From Vicinamibacterales bacterium (lineage in GTDB: Bacteria > Acidobacteriota > Vicinamibacteria > Vicinamibacterales > UBA8438): DNA of 64,000 nt. The stretch covers positions 4,564,478 to 4,628,477 of the forward strand of contig OZ242205.1 in the NCBI GenBank assembly GCA_965206285.1. Reading direction: 5' to 3'. Positions 54,974-63,591 of this stretch are shown one piece after another. Position 1 is the first letter of the stretch, and each line of letters starts with the position of its first letter. The translations under genes were made by a program, and so were the position numbers. Under the pieces are notes generated by a model. The model ran no database searches. It saw nothing but the letters and a program-made list of their open reading frames with translations, and had not been told where the DNA came from.

Positions 54974-55426
54974 GTGCATACGAGCCGGTTGCGGATCGAG
55001 CGCATCGGCGGTCCCTTGCGGCACGCGTATCTGGAGGGCTTCGACGAACCGATCCGGTTCGGGGTCCACGGTGGGATCAAGGCGTTCTACGGTGTCGAGC
55101 CGCCGGAAGACGTGCCGGCCACGCTGGATTACATGGTCGGCGCCGTCGGCGGTTGACTGCTCGGCACCCTTGCACGCGCACTGGAGGTGCGCGACATCCC
55201 GGCGCCGACGGAGAAGCTGCAGGCCAGCGTGGAAGGCGACATCCAGGCCATCGACAACGTGCTGCGAATCACGAAGATCCGCGTGCGGTACCGTATCCGG
55301 ATCCCGGCCGGGACCCGCGAGCGGGCGCAGCGGGCGGTCGACACCCACGCGACGAAGTGCCCCGCCGCCAACAGCGTACGCGGGTGCATCGACCTCGATA
55401 TCGCCGCCGACATCGCGGAGGAGTGA
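54974..55426 (+). CDS. OsmC/Ohr family peroxiredoxin-like protein with in-frame UGA at the first catalytic Cys position (candidate selenoprotein, or a nonsense pseudogene)
   Basis: ORFs 54857..55156 and 55187..55426 are in the same frame, separated only by TGA (55154-55156). Joined they read ..PATLDYMVGAVGG-U-LLGTLARALEV..DTHATKCPAANSV. U is at residue ~61 and Cys at ~129 of ~150 aa, mirroring the two conserved OsmC cysteines. Confidence 0.6.
55175..55193 (+). other. candidate bacterial SECIS-like hairpin
   Basis: CGCGCAC-TGGAG-GTGCGCG, a perfect 7-bp stem with a 5-nt G-containing loop, starting 18 nt after the UGA. Confidence 0.4.
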
Positions 55427-55704
55427 TCCGGGCGTCCATCGAAGCTGCGCAGGTGGAGAACCGGGCCGCGCACACGGAGCTGGATCGGAAGATGGAGAAC
55501 CTCGGAGAGCGTATCGACCGGCTGTACGAGCTGCTGCCGGCCCAGGCGGACCGGGTAATCGCGCCGCGCGACCTCGGGGAAACAAGAGTTGCGGAGGCCG
55601 GCAACGGTGGTGGTCACGGGCCGTCCGCCGTCGTCCCGCTCTGCGTCGGGCCAGGATCACCGGTTTCAGAACGCGACTTGGGGGTTGTCGTTCGTACACC
55701 GTGA
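55423..55704 (+). CDS. small hypothetical protein (93 aa), translationally coupled on both sides
   Basis: Its GTG overlaps the OsmC-like stop (GTGA) and its TGA overlaps the next ATG (TGATG). Sequence ..AAHTELDRKMENLGERIDRLYELLPAQ.. has coiled-coil character. No family recognised. Confidence 0.35.
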   Translation: MIRASIEAAQVENRAAHTELDRKMENLGERIDRLYELLPAQADRVIAPRDLGETRVAEAGNGGGHGPSAVVPLCVGPGSPVSERDLGVVVRTP

Positions 55705-57281
55705 TGCCTGCGGCGGAATCGATCGCCTGGCTCGCATGGGGAGCCGACGCCTTCGCCCGCGCCGCGGCGGAGCAGAAACCGGTCCTCCTGTTCATCGGCA
55801 CCGCGTGGTGCCGGTGGACGGCGGAGATGGATCGGTTCAGCTACCGCGATGCGCGCGTCGTGCGTCTCGTGGCCGACCGGTTCCTGCCGGTGCGGGTCGA
55901 CGCCGAGCGGCGCCCCGACGTCAGCGCGCGGTACAGCCTCGACGGGTGGCCGACCACCGCGTTCCTCACCCCGGACGGCGACCTCCTGGGAGGCGGAACC
56001 TATCTCGATGCCGACGCCCTGACCGCGGTGCTGGCCGACGTGGCCGCCGCGTTCGCGGGCCGGCGCGCGGACATCGACGCGCGCGCCGCCGCCGTCCGGA
56101 CCGCGGCGGCGCCGTCCGGGCAGCCGGGCCGCACCGCCGGCGTCCGCCGGACCCCCGGGGATGCGGATTACCCCGCCGGGCTGGGCGGCGCCACGGGACC
56201 GGGCCACGATGCCGGCCTGGACCACGACGCCGGGCAGTGGCTGCACGATCTGCTGCTGGTGCGCTTCGACGCGACCTGGGCCGGCTTCGGCGACGGCGCC
56301 AAGCGGGTCGAGGCCGACGCCCTCGCCGCCGCCCTTCTGCGGTGTCGCGACACCCGGGACCCGGACCTGACCCGCATCGTCGCCCGCACGCTGGACGGCA
56401 TGGCCGGCGGAGGCCTGTGGGATCCGGTCGACGGCGGGTTCTTCCGCTACTGCGCGGCGCGCGACTGGTCGGAGCCGGCGCCGGAAAAGCTGCTGGTGCC
56501 GAACGCGCGCCTGCTCGATCTGTACCTCTCCGCGTCGACCATCCTGGATCGGCCGGACTACGCCGAACGCGCGCGCGCCATCGTCCGCTTCGTGCACGGC
56601 GCGCTGGCCGACGCCGACGGCGGGTTCTTCGCCAGCCAGCGGGGAGCGCCCGATCCCGACCGGCCCGGGCACTCCCCGGCGCCGGGACACGGGGCCATCG
56701 ACCCGACCGTCTACACGGATGCCACCGCGGTCATGGCCTCCGCCTACGTGCACGGCGCGTCGGTGCTCGACGACCGTTCGCTCCTCGAGTTCGCGGCCGA
56801 GTCGGTCGATCGGGTGGTGATGGCGACGTACGAGCGCGGCGGCGGCGTCGGACACACCGCGGCCGGGAGTCCGATCCCGCGCGGACTGCTCGGCGACCAG
56901 GTGCTGGCGAGCGCGGCCCTGCTCGATCTGTACGAGGTGACGGGGCAGCCCGTCTATCTCGACATGCCGCGTGAGCTGATGGCCTATTGCCACCAGACCC
57001 TGTGGGACGAGACCGGCGGCTTCGCCGACCGGGACCCCAGGCTCCCCGGCCCGGACGCACCGGCCGGGCTCCTGCGCGATCCCGTCTACCCGCTGGACCT
57101 CAACTGCCGCGCCGCGATGGTGCTCGTCCGCCTGGCCGCCCTGGCCGAAGAGCCGGGCTATCTGGACCTCGCGCGCCGGACCCTGGCGCTGCAGACGCCC
57201 GTGTATCGCGAGCTGGGACTCGCCGGCGCCGCCTACGTGCTGGCGCTGGACGCGGCGTCCGGTGCGTCGTCGCGACAATGA
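55704..57281 (+). CDS. thioredoxin-domain protein of the DUF255/YyaL type (thioredoxin fold plus alpha/alpha-toroid domain)
   Basis: In the frame of ORF 55071..57281 from the ATG at 55704. IAWLAWGADAFARAAAEQKPVLLFIGTAWCRW..DAERRPDVSARY..WPTTAFLTPDG..GGLWDPVDGGFFRY. The usual CxxC is reduced to a single Cys. Confidence 0.75.
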   Translation: MPAAESIAWLAWGADAFARAAAEQKPVLLFIGTAWCRWTAEMDRFSYRDARVVRLVADRFLPVRVDAERRPDVSARYSLDGWPTTAFLTPDGDLLGGGTYLDADALTAVLADVAAAFAGRRADIDARAAAVRTAAAPSGQPGRTAGVRRTPGDADYPAGLGGATGPGHDAGLDHDAGQWLHDLLLVRFDATWAGFGDGAKRVEADALAAALLRCRDTRDPDLTRIVARTLDGMAGGGLWDPVDGGFFRYCAARDWSEPAPEKLLVPNARLLDLYLSASTILDRPDYAERARAIVRFVHGALADADGGFFASQRGAPDPDRPGHSPAPGHGAIDPTVYTDATAVMASAYVHGASVLDDRSLLEFAAESVDRVVMATYERGGGVGHTAAGSPIPRGLLGDQVLASAALLDLYEVTGQPVYLDMPRELMAYCHQTLWDETGGFADRDPRLPGPDAPAGLLRDPVYPLDLNCRAAMVLVRLAALAEEPGYLDLARRTLALQTPVYRELGLAGAAYVLALDAASGASSRQ

Positions 57282-57485
57282 CGGCGGGGACGCCGAGCCA
57301 CCCGCGGCACGCGCGTCAATCCCGGGCGCCGATGCCCGTCGATCGCCGCGGACTCCTCCCGGTACGCGATGTCCGAGCCCGGAAGCCCGGGGTGAAAAGC
57401 CGGCGCTTTTGCCGTGGGCTCTCCAGCGTGGCGCACCCCCGGGCCGAGGCGTCACCGTGGTACACTGCGTCGCCCTGGAGGTGCC

Positions 57486-59357
57486 GTGTCCATCGATCGC
57501 TCACTGCTTCCCGCGTTGCGCAACGTCGCGACCCGGCTTCGGATCGAGTCGGTCCGGGCCACGAGTCGGGCGGGAAGCGGTCATCCCACGAGTTGCTGTT
57601 CGGCCGCCGAGATCATGGCGGCGCTGTTCTTCGGGCAGATGCGGTTCGACCCGCGGGACCCCGGCCACGAGGACAACGATCGTTTCGTGCTGTCGAAAGG
57701 GCATGCGGCGCCGGTGCTGTACGCGGCATGGGCCGAGGCGGGGGTGATCCCGCACGAGCAGCTCGCGACGCTGCGGGAGATCGAGTCCGATCTGGAGGGG
57801 CACCCGACGCCGCGGCTGCCGTTCGTGGACGTCGCGACGGGTTCGCTCGGGCAGGGCATCTGCGCGGCGGTGGGGATTGCCCTCAACGCGCGCCGCATCG
57901 GATCCGGCTATCGCACTTACGTGCTTGTCGGTGACGGGGAGTCGGCGGAAGGATCGGTCTGGGAGGCGGCGCAGGCCGCGGCCGGGCTGGGCCTCGACAA
58001 CCTGTGCGCGATCACCGACGTCAACGCCCTGGGCCAGAGCCGGGCCACGCAGTGGGCGCACGACCTCGCGGCCTACGAGCGGCGGTGGCAGGCGTTCGGG
58101 TGGCATGTCGTGGTGGTCGACGGGCACGACCTCGCCGCCGTCCTGGATGCGCTGGACGAGGCGGCGAGCACCGCCGGCCAGCCGACGATGATTCTCGCGC
58201 GTACCGTCAAGGGCAAGGGCGTGTCATTCGCCGAGGGGCTCGACGGTTGGCACGGCAAGCCGTTCAAGGGGGCCGATCTCGATCGCGCCCTTCAGGAGCT
58301 CGATGGGCAGCTCGGCGAGCCGACCCGCAATCCGCCGATATCGCCCCCGCCGTCGCGGGCGAGCCGACCCGCCTCGCCGCCGGCGCTCCGTCTGCCCGCG
58401 TACGAGCTCGGCGCCAAGGTCGCGACCCGCGAGGCCTACGGCGTGGCGCTGGCCGCGCTGGGGGCCTCCGACCCGCGGGTGGTCGCGCTCGACGCCGACG
58501 TCAAGAACTCGACCTTCAGCGACAAGTTCGAGCAGCAGCATCCCGACCGCTTCTATCAGACTTACATCGCCGAGCAGGTGATGGTGGGGGCGGCGCTCGG
58601 CCTCGCGAGCCGCGGCGCGATTCCCTTTCCGTCGACGTTCGCCGCCTTTCTCACCCGGGCCGCCGACTTCATCCGCATGGGGGGCATCGGCAACGTCAAC
58701 GTCAAGCTCGCGGGCTCGCACGCGGGAGTGTCGATCGGCGAGGACGGCCCCTCGCAGATGGCCCTGGAGGACCTGGCGATGATGCGGGCGGTGCCGGGTT
58801 GCGTGGTGCTCTATCCGTGCGACGCGGTCAGCACGTCGGCGCTCGTCGCGGCGGCGGCCGCGCACGACGGCATGACCTACATCCGGACCTCGCGCCCGAA
58901 GACCCCGGTCGTCTACGCGGCGGACGAGCGGTTCCCCATCGGCGGGTCCAAGACCCTGCGCCAGAGCGCGGCGGACGCGGCCACCGTGGTCGCGGCCGGG
59001 GTCACCGTCTTCGAGGCGCTGGCCGCCTGCGAGACGCTGGCCGAGGCCGGGGTGCGCATTCGGGTCATCGACGCCTACTCCCTGCAGCCGATCGACGCCG
59101 ACAGGCTGGTGGCCGCCGCGCGCGAGACCGGCGACCGTCTGATCACCGTCGAGGACCACTACGCGGCGGGCGGGCTGGGAGATGCGGTGAGCGACGCCGT
59201 TGCCCCCCACGGCATCGCCGTTCAGCGCCTCGCGGTGCGCGACGTGCCCCGGAGCGGCAAGCCGGCCGAGCTGCTCGACCGGTTCGGCATCTCTTCCCGG
59301 CACATCGTGGCCGCGGTCAGGGCCGCGGTCGAGGCCGGTCCGATGTCTCCGGCCTGA
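57486..59357 (+). CDS. transketolase family protein (N- and C-terminal halves fused)
   Basis: GTG at 57486 in ORF 57414..59357. SGHPTSCCSAAEIMA, LSKGHAAP, GSLGQG, VGDGESAEG, then the pyrimidine-binding and C-terminal domains (AEQVMVGAA.., SHAGVSIGEDGPSQ). Confidence 0.85.
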   Translation: MSIDRSLLPALRNVATRLRIESVRATSRAGSGHPTSCCSAAEIMAALFFGQMRFDPRDPGHEDNDRFVLSKGHAAPVLYAAWAEAGVIPHEQLATLREIESDLEGHPTPRLPFVDVATGSLGQGICAAVGIALNARRIGSGYRTYVLVGDGESAEGSVWEAAQAAAGLGLDNLCAITDVNALGQSRATQWAHDLAAYERRWQAFGWHVVVVDGHDLAAVLDALDEAASTAGQPTMILARTVKGKGVSFAEGLDGWHGKPFKGADLDRALQELDGQLGEPTRNPPISPPPSRASRPASPPALRLPAYELGAKVATREAYGVALAALGASDPRVVALDADVKNSTFSDKFEQQHPDRFYQTYIAEQVMVGAALGLASRGAIPFPSTFAAFLTRAADFIRMGGIGNVNVKLAGSHAGVSIGEDGPSQMALEDLAMMRAVPGCVVLYPCDAVSTSALVAAAAAHDGMTYIRTSRPKTPVVYAADERFPIGGSKTLRQSAADAATVVAAGVTVFEALAACETLAEAGVRIRVIDAYSLQPIDADRLVAAARETGDRLITVEDHYAAGGLGDAVSDAVAPHGIAVQRLAVRDVPRSGKPAELLDRFGISSRHIVAAVRAAVEAGPMSPA

Positions 59358-59677
59358 CGTTCTCGCTTGGCGACGTGCGTCTCGGGTGGCTCCACGATCT
59401 GACCATCCCGTTCGATCTCTGCCGGGGCTCGCGGCGACAGAGGCCCTCCTCGAAGCCCGCTATGAGCCCCTGTCGCCGTTCGTGGTGCTCGGACGTGCGG
59501 TTTTACCGAGGGCTGCCCGGGGCTATCCCTGACAGCCGTAAACGCCGAGCTGCACGACGGTCCCGTCGGGTCGTTACGGATTGCGCGCGGCAGTCGAAGC
59601 TGGTCGACCGTCGCCGAACGTCCAGGTCACGGCCGGACGTGCCGGCCCGCGGCCTGCGGACGCCGGGCCGGTGGTGG

Positions 59678-60544
59678 TCAGTTCCGTACGGCGCGCCACT
59701 CGGTGATTCCGGCGGGCGTCCGGGCGGTGCCGCTCATGGTCGAGCCGCCGGCCATCTGGCCGGTGTACGAGATGCCGCCGGCTTCGAAGCTGATCCGGTC
59801 GCCGCGCAGCCGCCCTTCGGTTATCGCGAACGCGCCGTCCGCGGTGCGGAGCTCGCCGGAGACCTGCTGGAAACGCTGCTCGAGGACCAGCTCGCCGGCG
59901 TCCATCCGCCAAGCGCCGGCGACTTTGGCGGGGACGATCCAGAGCAGCGACGTGCACCAGGTGGGGCACGGGTCGAGCACGACGGTCTCGTCGGGGATCC
60001 ACCCGGGGGCGTCGGGGTCGGTCTCGGACCCGCCGAGGTCCCAGGTGTTGGAGACGATGCGGGTGCCCGGCCGCAGGTCGAAGAGGGTGGGGCGCAGCCG
60101 GTAGTTGATGTCCGGCAGCAGGAACATCGTCACCACCGTGGCCGTCGAGAGATCGAACTCGAACAGGTCGGTCGCGACGAAGTCGGTGCGGTCGGACACC
60201 CCCGCCTCGGCCGCGCGGCGCGCCGACAGCGCCACGAGGTTCGGCTCGAGCTCGACGCCGATGGCCCGCGCGCCGAGGCGCGCCGCCGCGATCACGGTAC
60301 GGCCGTCGCCCGACCCGAGGTCGATGACGATGTCCTCCGGCGCCACCGCCGCCATCTCGAGCATCTTGTCGACGAGCACGTCGGGCGTCGGCACCCAGGG
60401 AACGTCCTTGCCCTCCTGGCCGATCGCGGGCTCGGGAGCCGGCTGTCCGGCCGCCTCGGGCGGTGACCACGGGCCACCCGCCACCAACAGGGCAATCGTG
60501 ACCGCGGCGAGCCGCGGTAGCGGACGGGGCTGTCGATTCGACAT
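59678..60544 (-). CDS. secreted class I SAM-dependent methyltransferase-like protein
   Basis: Met37 of ORF 59678..60652. Signal PRLAAVTIALLVAGGPWSPPEAAG. Motif I VIDLGSGDGRTV. Confidence 0.7.
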   Translation of the reverse strand: MSNRQPRPLPRLAAVTIALLVAGGPWSPPEAAGQPAPEPAIGQEGKDVPWVPTPDVLVDKMLEMAAVAPEDIVIDLGSGDGRTVIAAARLGARAIGVELEPNLVALSARRAAEAGVSDRTDFVATDLFEFDLSTATVVTMFLLPDINYRLRPTLFDLRPGTRIVSNTWDLGGSETDPDAPGWIPDETVVLDPCPTWCTSLLWIVPAKVAGAWRMDAGELVLEQRFQQVSGELRTADGAFAITEGRLRGDRISFEAGGISYTGQMAGGSTMSGTARTPAGITEWRAVRN

Positions 60545-60566
60545 CGCGGCGGCGGGCCTCGACGGT

Positions 60567-61169
60567 TCAGCGCACCGCGTCGCTTGCCAGGCGGTCGTCC
60601 GGGTCGAACCGGTCGCGCGCCGGCATGACGACGTCGGGCAGGGTGGCCGCATTCATCACCGCCTGGTCGTCGATGATGCCGTTCTTGGCCAGGATCCAGG
60701 CGACGAGCCCGTATACCTCGTCCGGGCTCAACGTCCCGGGGGCATTGCGGGGCATCGCGCGGTAGATGTAGTCGTAGAGGGTCGTGGCGTACGGCCAGTA
60801 GTTGCCGACGGTCGGCGGACGCGCCGCCGGGTCGCGGCCGACCAGCGGAGCGGCGATGCTGCCTTCGCCCTCCCGGCCATGACAGGAGCGGCAGGCGCGC
60901 CCCCAGACGAGCGCGCCCTCCGCGGCGCTGCCGCCGCCGAGCGGCAGTCCGGCGCCGTCCGGCATGACGTCGATGTCGAGGGCCGCGATTTCGTCCGCGG
61001 TCGCCGGGCGTCCCAGCCCCAGCGGGCCCGCCGCCGGGTCCGCCGACTGCCCGGCCGCGGCCCAGGGCGCTCCCGCCAGCAGGAGAGCCAGCCCGAACCC
61101 GCCGGCAAGCGCGCTTGCGCGCGGCCGCGCCGGCCGGCCGGTTCCGCGCGGGGAAGCCGTGCGGGTCAT
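60567..61169 (-). CDS. sorB: c-type cytochrome subunit of sulfite dehydrogenase (SorB/SoxD-like)
   Basis: Last 200 aa of ORF 60567..62492. Haem site CRSCHG. ATGA overlap with the Mo-subunit gene stop (61166-61169). Confidence 0.7.
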   Translation of the reverse strand: MTRTASPRGTGRPARPRASALAGGFGLALLLAGAPWAAAGQSADPAAGPLGLGRPATADEIAALDIDVMPDGAGLPLGGGSAAEGALVWGRACRSCHGREGEGSIAAPLVGRDPAARPPTVGNYWPYATTLYDYIYRAMPRNAPGTLSPDEVYGLVAWILAKNGIIDDQAVMNAATLPDVVMPARDRFDPDDRLASDAVR

Positions 61170-62395
61170 GACTGCAGCCTTTCCGCTCCGAACAGGACCC
61201 TTCCGTCGGCGCCGATGGTCCACGAGGTGATGGGGTTCTGGTGGTACCGGGTCCGCGGTCCCCGGGCCGCGACGAGAGCCTCCCAGGTCGGCTGCACGTA
61301 GCCGGTCTCGTCGGTCGCGCGGCTCATGATCTCGGCCGCGCCGCCGTCCCAGCGCCACGGGGCGCGGAACCGCACATGGGCCTTCGCCAGCACCGGCGCC
61401 TGCAGCTCCGCTTCCTGCCAGGTCGCGCCGCCGTCGGCGCTGACGTCGACCCGCGCGATCCGGCCGCGGCCGCTCCACGCCAGCCCGCGGATCTCGTGCC
61501 AGCCGGGCTCGATGACGCGGGGATAGGCGGGATCGGTGATGATGGACCGCGCGTCCATGACGAAGCTGAACTGGCGCGAGCGGCTCCCGTCCCCGAGGGG
61601 GTCGGTGTACTTCGACGTTTCTTCCCGGGTCATGAACGGCCGGTCGGCGAGCTCGATGCGGCGGAGCCACTTGACGCTGGAGTTGCCTTCCCACCCCGGC
61701 AGCAGCAGCCGGGCGGGGTACCCGTTGCCGGGCATCAGGGCGTCGCCGTTCTGCGCGTAGACGATCATCGCGTCGTCGAACGCCTTCTCCATCGGGATGC
61801 TGCGGGTCATCACCGCGGCGTCCTGTCCCTCGGCGAGGAACCACGTGGCGCCGGCGTGCGCGCCGACCTCGCGGAGCACCGTCGACAGCAGGACCCCGGT
61901 CCACTCGGTCTGGCTCGTGAGCCCGCAGACCATCTGCGGCAGAGTCTCCGGCGCGCCCCGCCGGAGGTTGCCCGAGCACTCGAGGAAGCAGATCCGCGAC
62001 GTGGCGGGGAAACGCTCGAGGTCGGCCAGCGTGAAGAGGGTCGGGCGGTCGACCAGGCCGTGGACGAGGAGCTCGTACCGATCCGGGTCGATCGCGGGCA
62101 CCCCGCCGTGGTGCCGCTCGAAATGCAGATCCGCCGGGGTGATGGTGCCCCGCAGTTCCTGCAGAGGCGTGCGCGAGGACGTCGAGCTGGGGTCGCGCCG
62201 CGGGGTCACGAAGGGCGAGCGCTGCCCGACCTCGTTCGGACCGGGTCCGGGACGCCGGGTGGTGTCGATGGCCTGCTGCCCGGCCGCCGGCGCCGCCGCG
62301 GCCACCGCCCCGGCCGCCCCGGCGAGCACTTCCCGGCGGGTCAGGCCGACCCGCCGCGGGCGAGAGGAGTCTGCCGATCGTTCGTGGTGCGCCAT
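61166..62395 (-). CDS. sorA: sulfite dehydrogenase molybdopterin subunit (SorA/SoxC-like)
   Basis: 409-aa ORF. Tat signal TRREVLAGAAGAVAAAAP. Motifs FERHHGG, FLECSGN (Mo-ligand Cys), GYPARLLLPGWEGNSSVKWL, plus a C-terminal dimerisation domain. Confidence 0.8.
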   Translation of the reverse strand: MAHHERSADSSRPRRVGLTRREVLAGAAGAVAAAAPAAGQQAIDTTRRPGPGPNEVGQRSPFVTPRRDPSSTSSRTPLQELRGTITPADLHFERHHGGVPAIDPDRYELLVHGLVDRPTLFTLADLERFPATSRICFLECSGNLRRGAPETLPQMVCGLTSQTEWTGVLLSTVLREVGAHAGATWFLAEGQDAAVMTRSIPMEKAFDDAMIVYAQNGDALMPGNGYPARLLLPGWEGNSSVKWLRRIELADRPFMTREETSKYTDPLGDGSRSRQFSFVMDARSIITDPAYPRVIEPGWHEIRGLAWSGRGRIARVDVSADGGATWQEAELQAPVLAKAHVRFRAPWRWDGGAAEIMSRATDETGYVQPTWEALVAARGPRTRYHQNPITSWTIGADGRVLFGAERLQS

Positions 62396-62530
62396 GGCTC
62401 AGCCACCCCCAATTTGTCCGCCTTCGTTTCGAAGCCGGCCCTGCGGTGTTTCCGCCGCAACCCCGGCGCCGCCAGCCGGTATTATGACGCACTCCGACCG
62501 TAAGCGGCCCGGAGGCAACGCGGGGACCCT

Positions 62531-62767
62531 TTAGATGGAAGGGACCGAGAGCGAGCGCAATGCTCCGATGACCTCGTCGGGCTCGGGAAACCGCTGCTCC
62601 TTCTGCTTCGAGAAGATCAGCTCACCGTCGGCGACCACGTCGAACTGTCCGCGGCCACCGACCACCACGTCGGTTTCGACGCCGATCGCGTCCTTGATTG
62701 CGGCCGCCAAACTGGCGGCCTTGGGCAGGTAGTTTCAAACCTTGCAGTAACTGATTGACAGCTTCAT
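62531..62767 (-). CDS. SelW-like / Rdx family selenoprotein (CxxU), 78 aa including Sec
   Basis: Not in the ORF track because it is split by TGA at 62737-62735. My translation: MKLSISYCKV-U-NYLPKAASLAAAIKDAIGVETDVVVGGRGQFDVVADGELIFSKQKEQRFPEPDEVIGALRSLSVPSI-stop. This is a textbook Rdx pattern (I.YC..U.Y..+A..LA, GG.G.F.V..DGELIFSK...RFPE). Confidence 0.8.
62702..62720 (-). other. candidate bacterial SECIS hairpin of the SelW-like gene
   Basis: RNA GGCCGCC-AGUUU-GGCGGCC, a perfect 7-bp stem with a 5-nt loop, starting 14 nt after the UGA. Confidence 0.5.
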
Positions 62768-62839
62768 GGCGGCTCATGGTACCGCAGCGAGCCCCGTGCG
62801 TGCAACGGCGCTTCGAGCCCGTCTGGAGCGGCGTCGTGG

Positions 62840-63283
62840 TCAGGGCATGATGACTTCGACGTGGGCGCGCGTGGCCGCGAGGGGCGCCAGGCGCCGATCG
62901 AGCGTCAAGAGCGTGGCGTTGTTGGTGACGGCGACCGCCAGCAGGTAGGCATCCGTCACCTGCTGGTGCCCAAGCAGATGTCCGAAGTGTGTCTCCACCT
63001 GCCGGAGGGGCGGAAGCGGCTCCACGTAGCGGTGCCGGCGGTCGCGAACCAGCCTGGCGAGCACATCGAGCGCCTGGGCGGGCGTTCGGCGCACGCCCAC
63101 GACGGCGGGGTTCGACGAGAGGCGTACGAAACCGAGCTGGGTGAGCACGCACGTGGCCCAGCCGGCGGCGGGCCGGCGCTCGAGCCGGCCCACCACGGCC
63201 CGGTGGAACTGGTGGTTGGGCCACCCGAGCGCCATGAGCGCGTTGACGTCGAGCAGCAGCGGACGGTTCTCAGACGACGCCAT
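62840..63283 (-). CDS. vapC: PIN-domain toxin
   Basis: 147-aa ORF. LLLDVNALMAL..H.FH, and QVTDAYLLAVAVTNNATLLTLDRRL. Confidence 0.8.
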   Translation of the reverse strand: MASSENRPLLLDVNALMALGWPNHQFHRAVVGRLERRPAAGWATCVLTQLGFVRLSSNPAVVGVRRTPAQALDVLARLVRDRRHRYVEPLPPLRQVETHFGHLLGHQQVTDAYLLAVAVTNNATLLTLDRRLAPLAATRAHVEVIMP

Positions 63284-63515
63284 CGGCGTCGAGCGCCTTC
63301 TGGATCCGGGAGGCGGGAATCACGCTCGCGGTTCGGGGAACCTCGAACGCGGCGAACCGTCCCGTGCCTCCACGTTTCTCGGGAGCCTGCGGCTCGGGTT
63401 GCAGCGCCTGCCGCGCCATGTCCGACAGGACGCGTCCGAGTCGCTGACCGGTGGCGCGGGCGTGGCTCAGCGCCGCTTCGTAGATGTCGTCGTCGATGGT
63501 CACCGTCGTTCGCAT
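63270..63515 (-). CDS. vapB: VapB-type antitoxin
   Basis: Met13 of ORF 63270..63551. MRTTVTIDDDIYEAALSHA.. is the typical N-terminus of this antitoxin family. Overlaps vapC by 14 nt. Confidence 0.75.
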   Translation of the reverse strand: MRTTVTIDDDIYEAALSHARATGQRLGRVLSDMARQALQPEPQAPEKRGGTGRFAAFEVPRTASVIPASRIQKALDADGVV

Positions 63516-63591
63516 GGCCGCATGATACAGTGATACACCTGCATCGTCCACGCGATATCGTCGCGCCGCCGGCCGACAGCCGCGCGCGGCG

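Noticed and set aside
54857-55426. Two independent small genes (54857..55156 and 55187..55426).
   Set aside because: They share a frame and are separated by a single TGA. Each half alone is an incomplete OsmC fold. The N-terminal 39 aa of the first ORF (Gly/Pro/Arg-rich) also look non-coding, so I start at GTG 54974.
62535-62732. 65-aa plus-strand ORF (MEGTESERNAPMTSSG...).
   Set aside because: It is a shadow of the SelW-like gene on the opposite strand, which has an unmistakable family signature.
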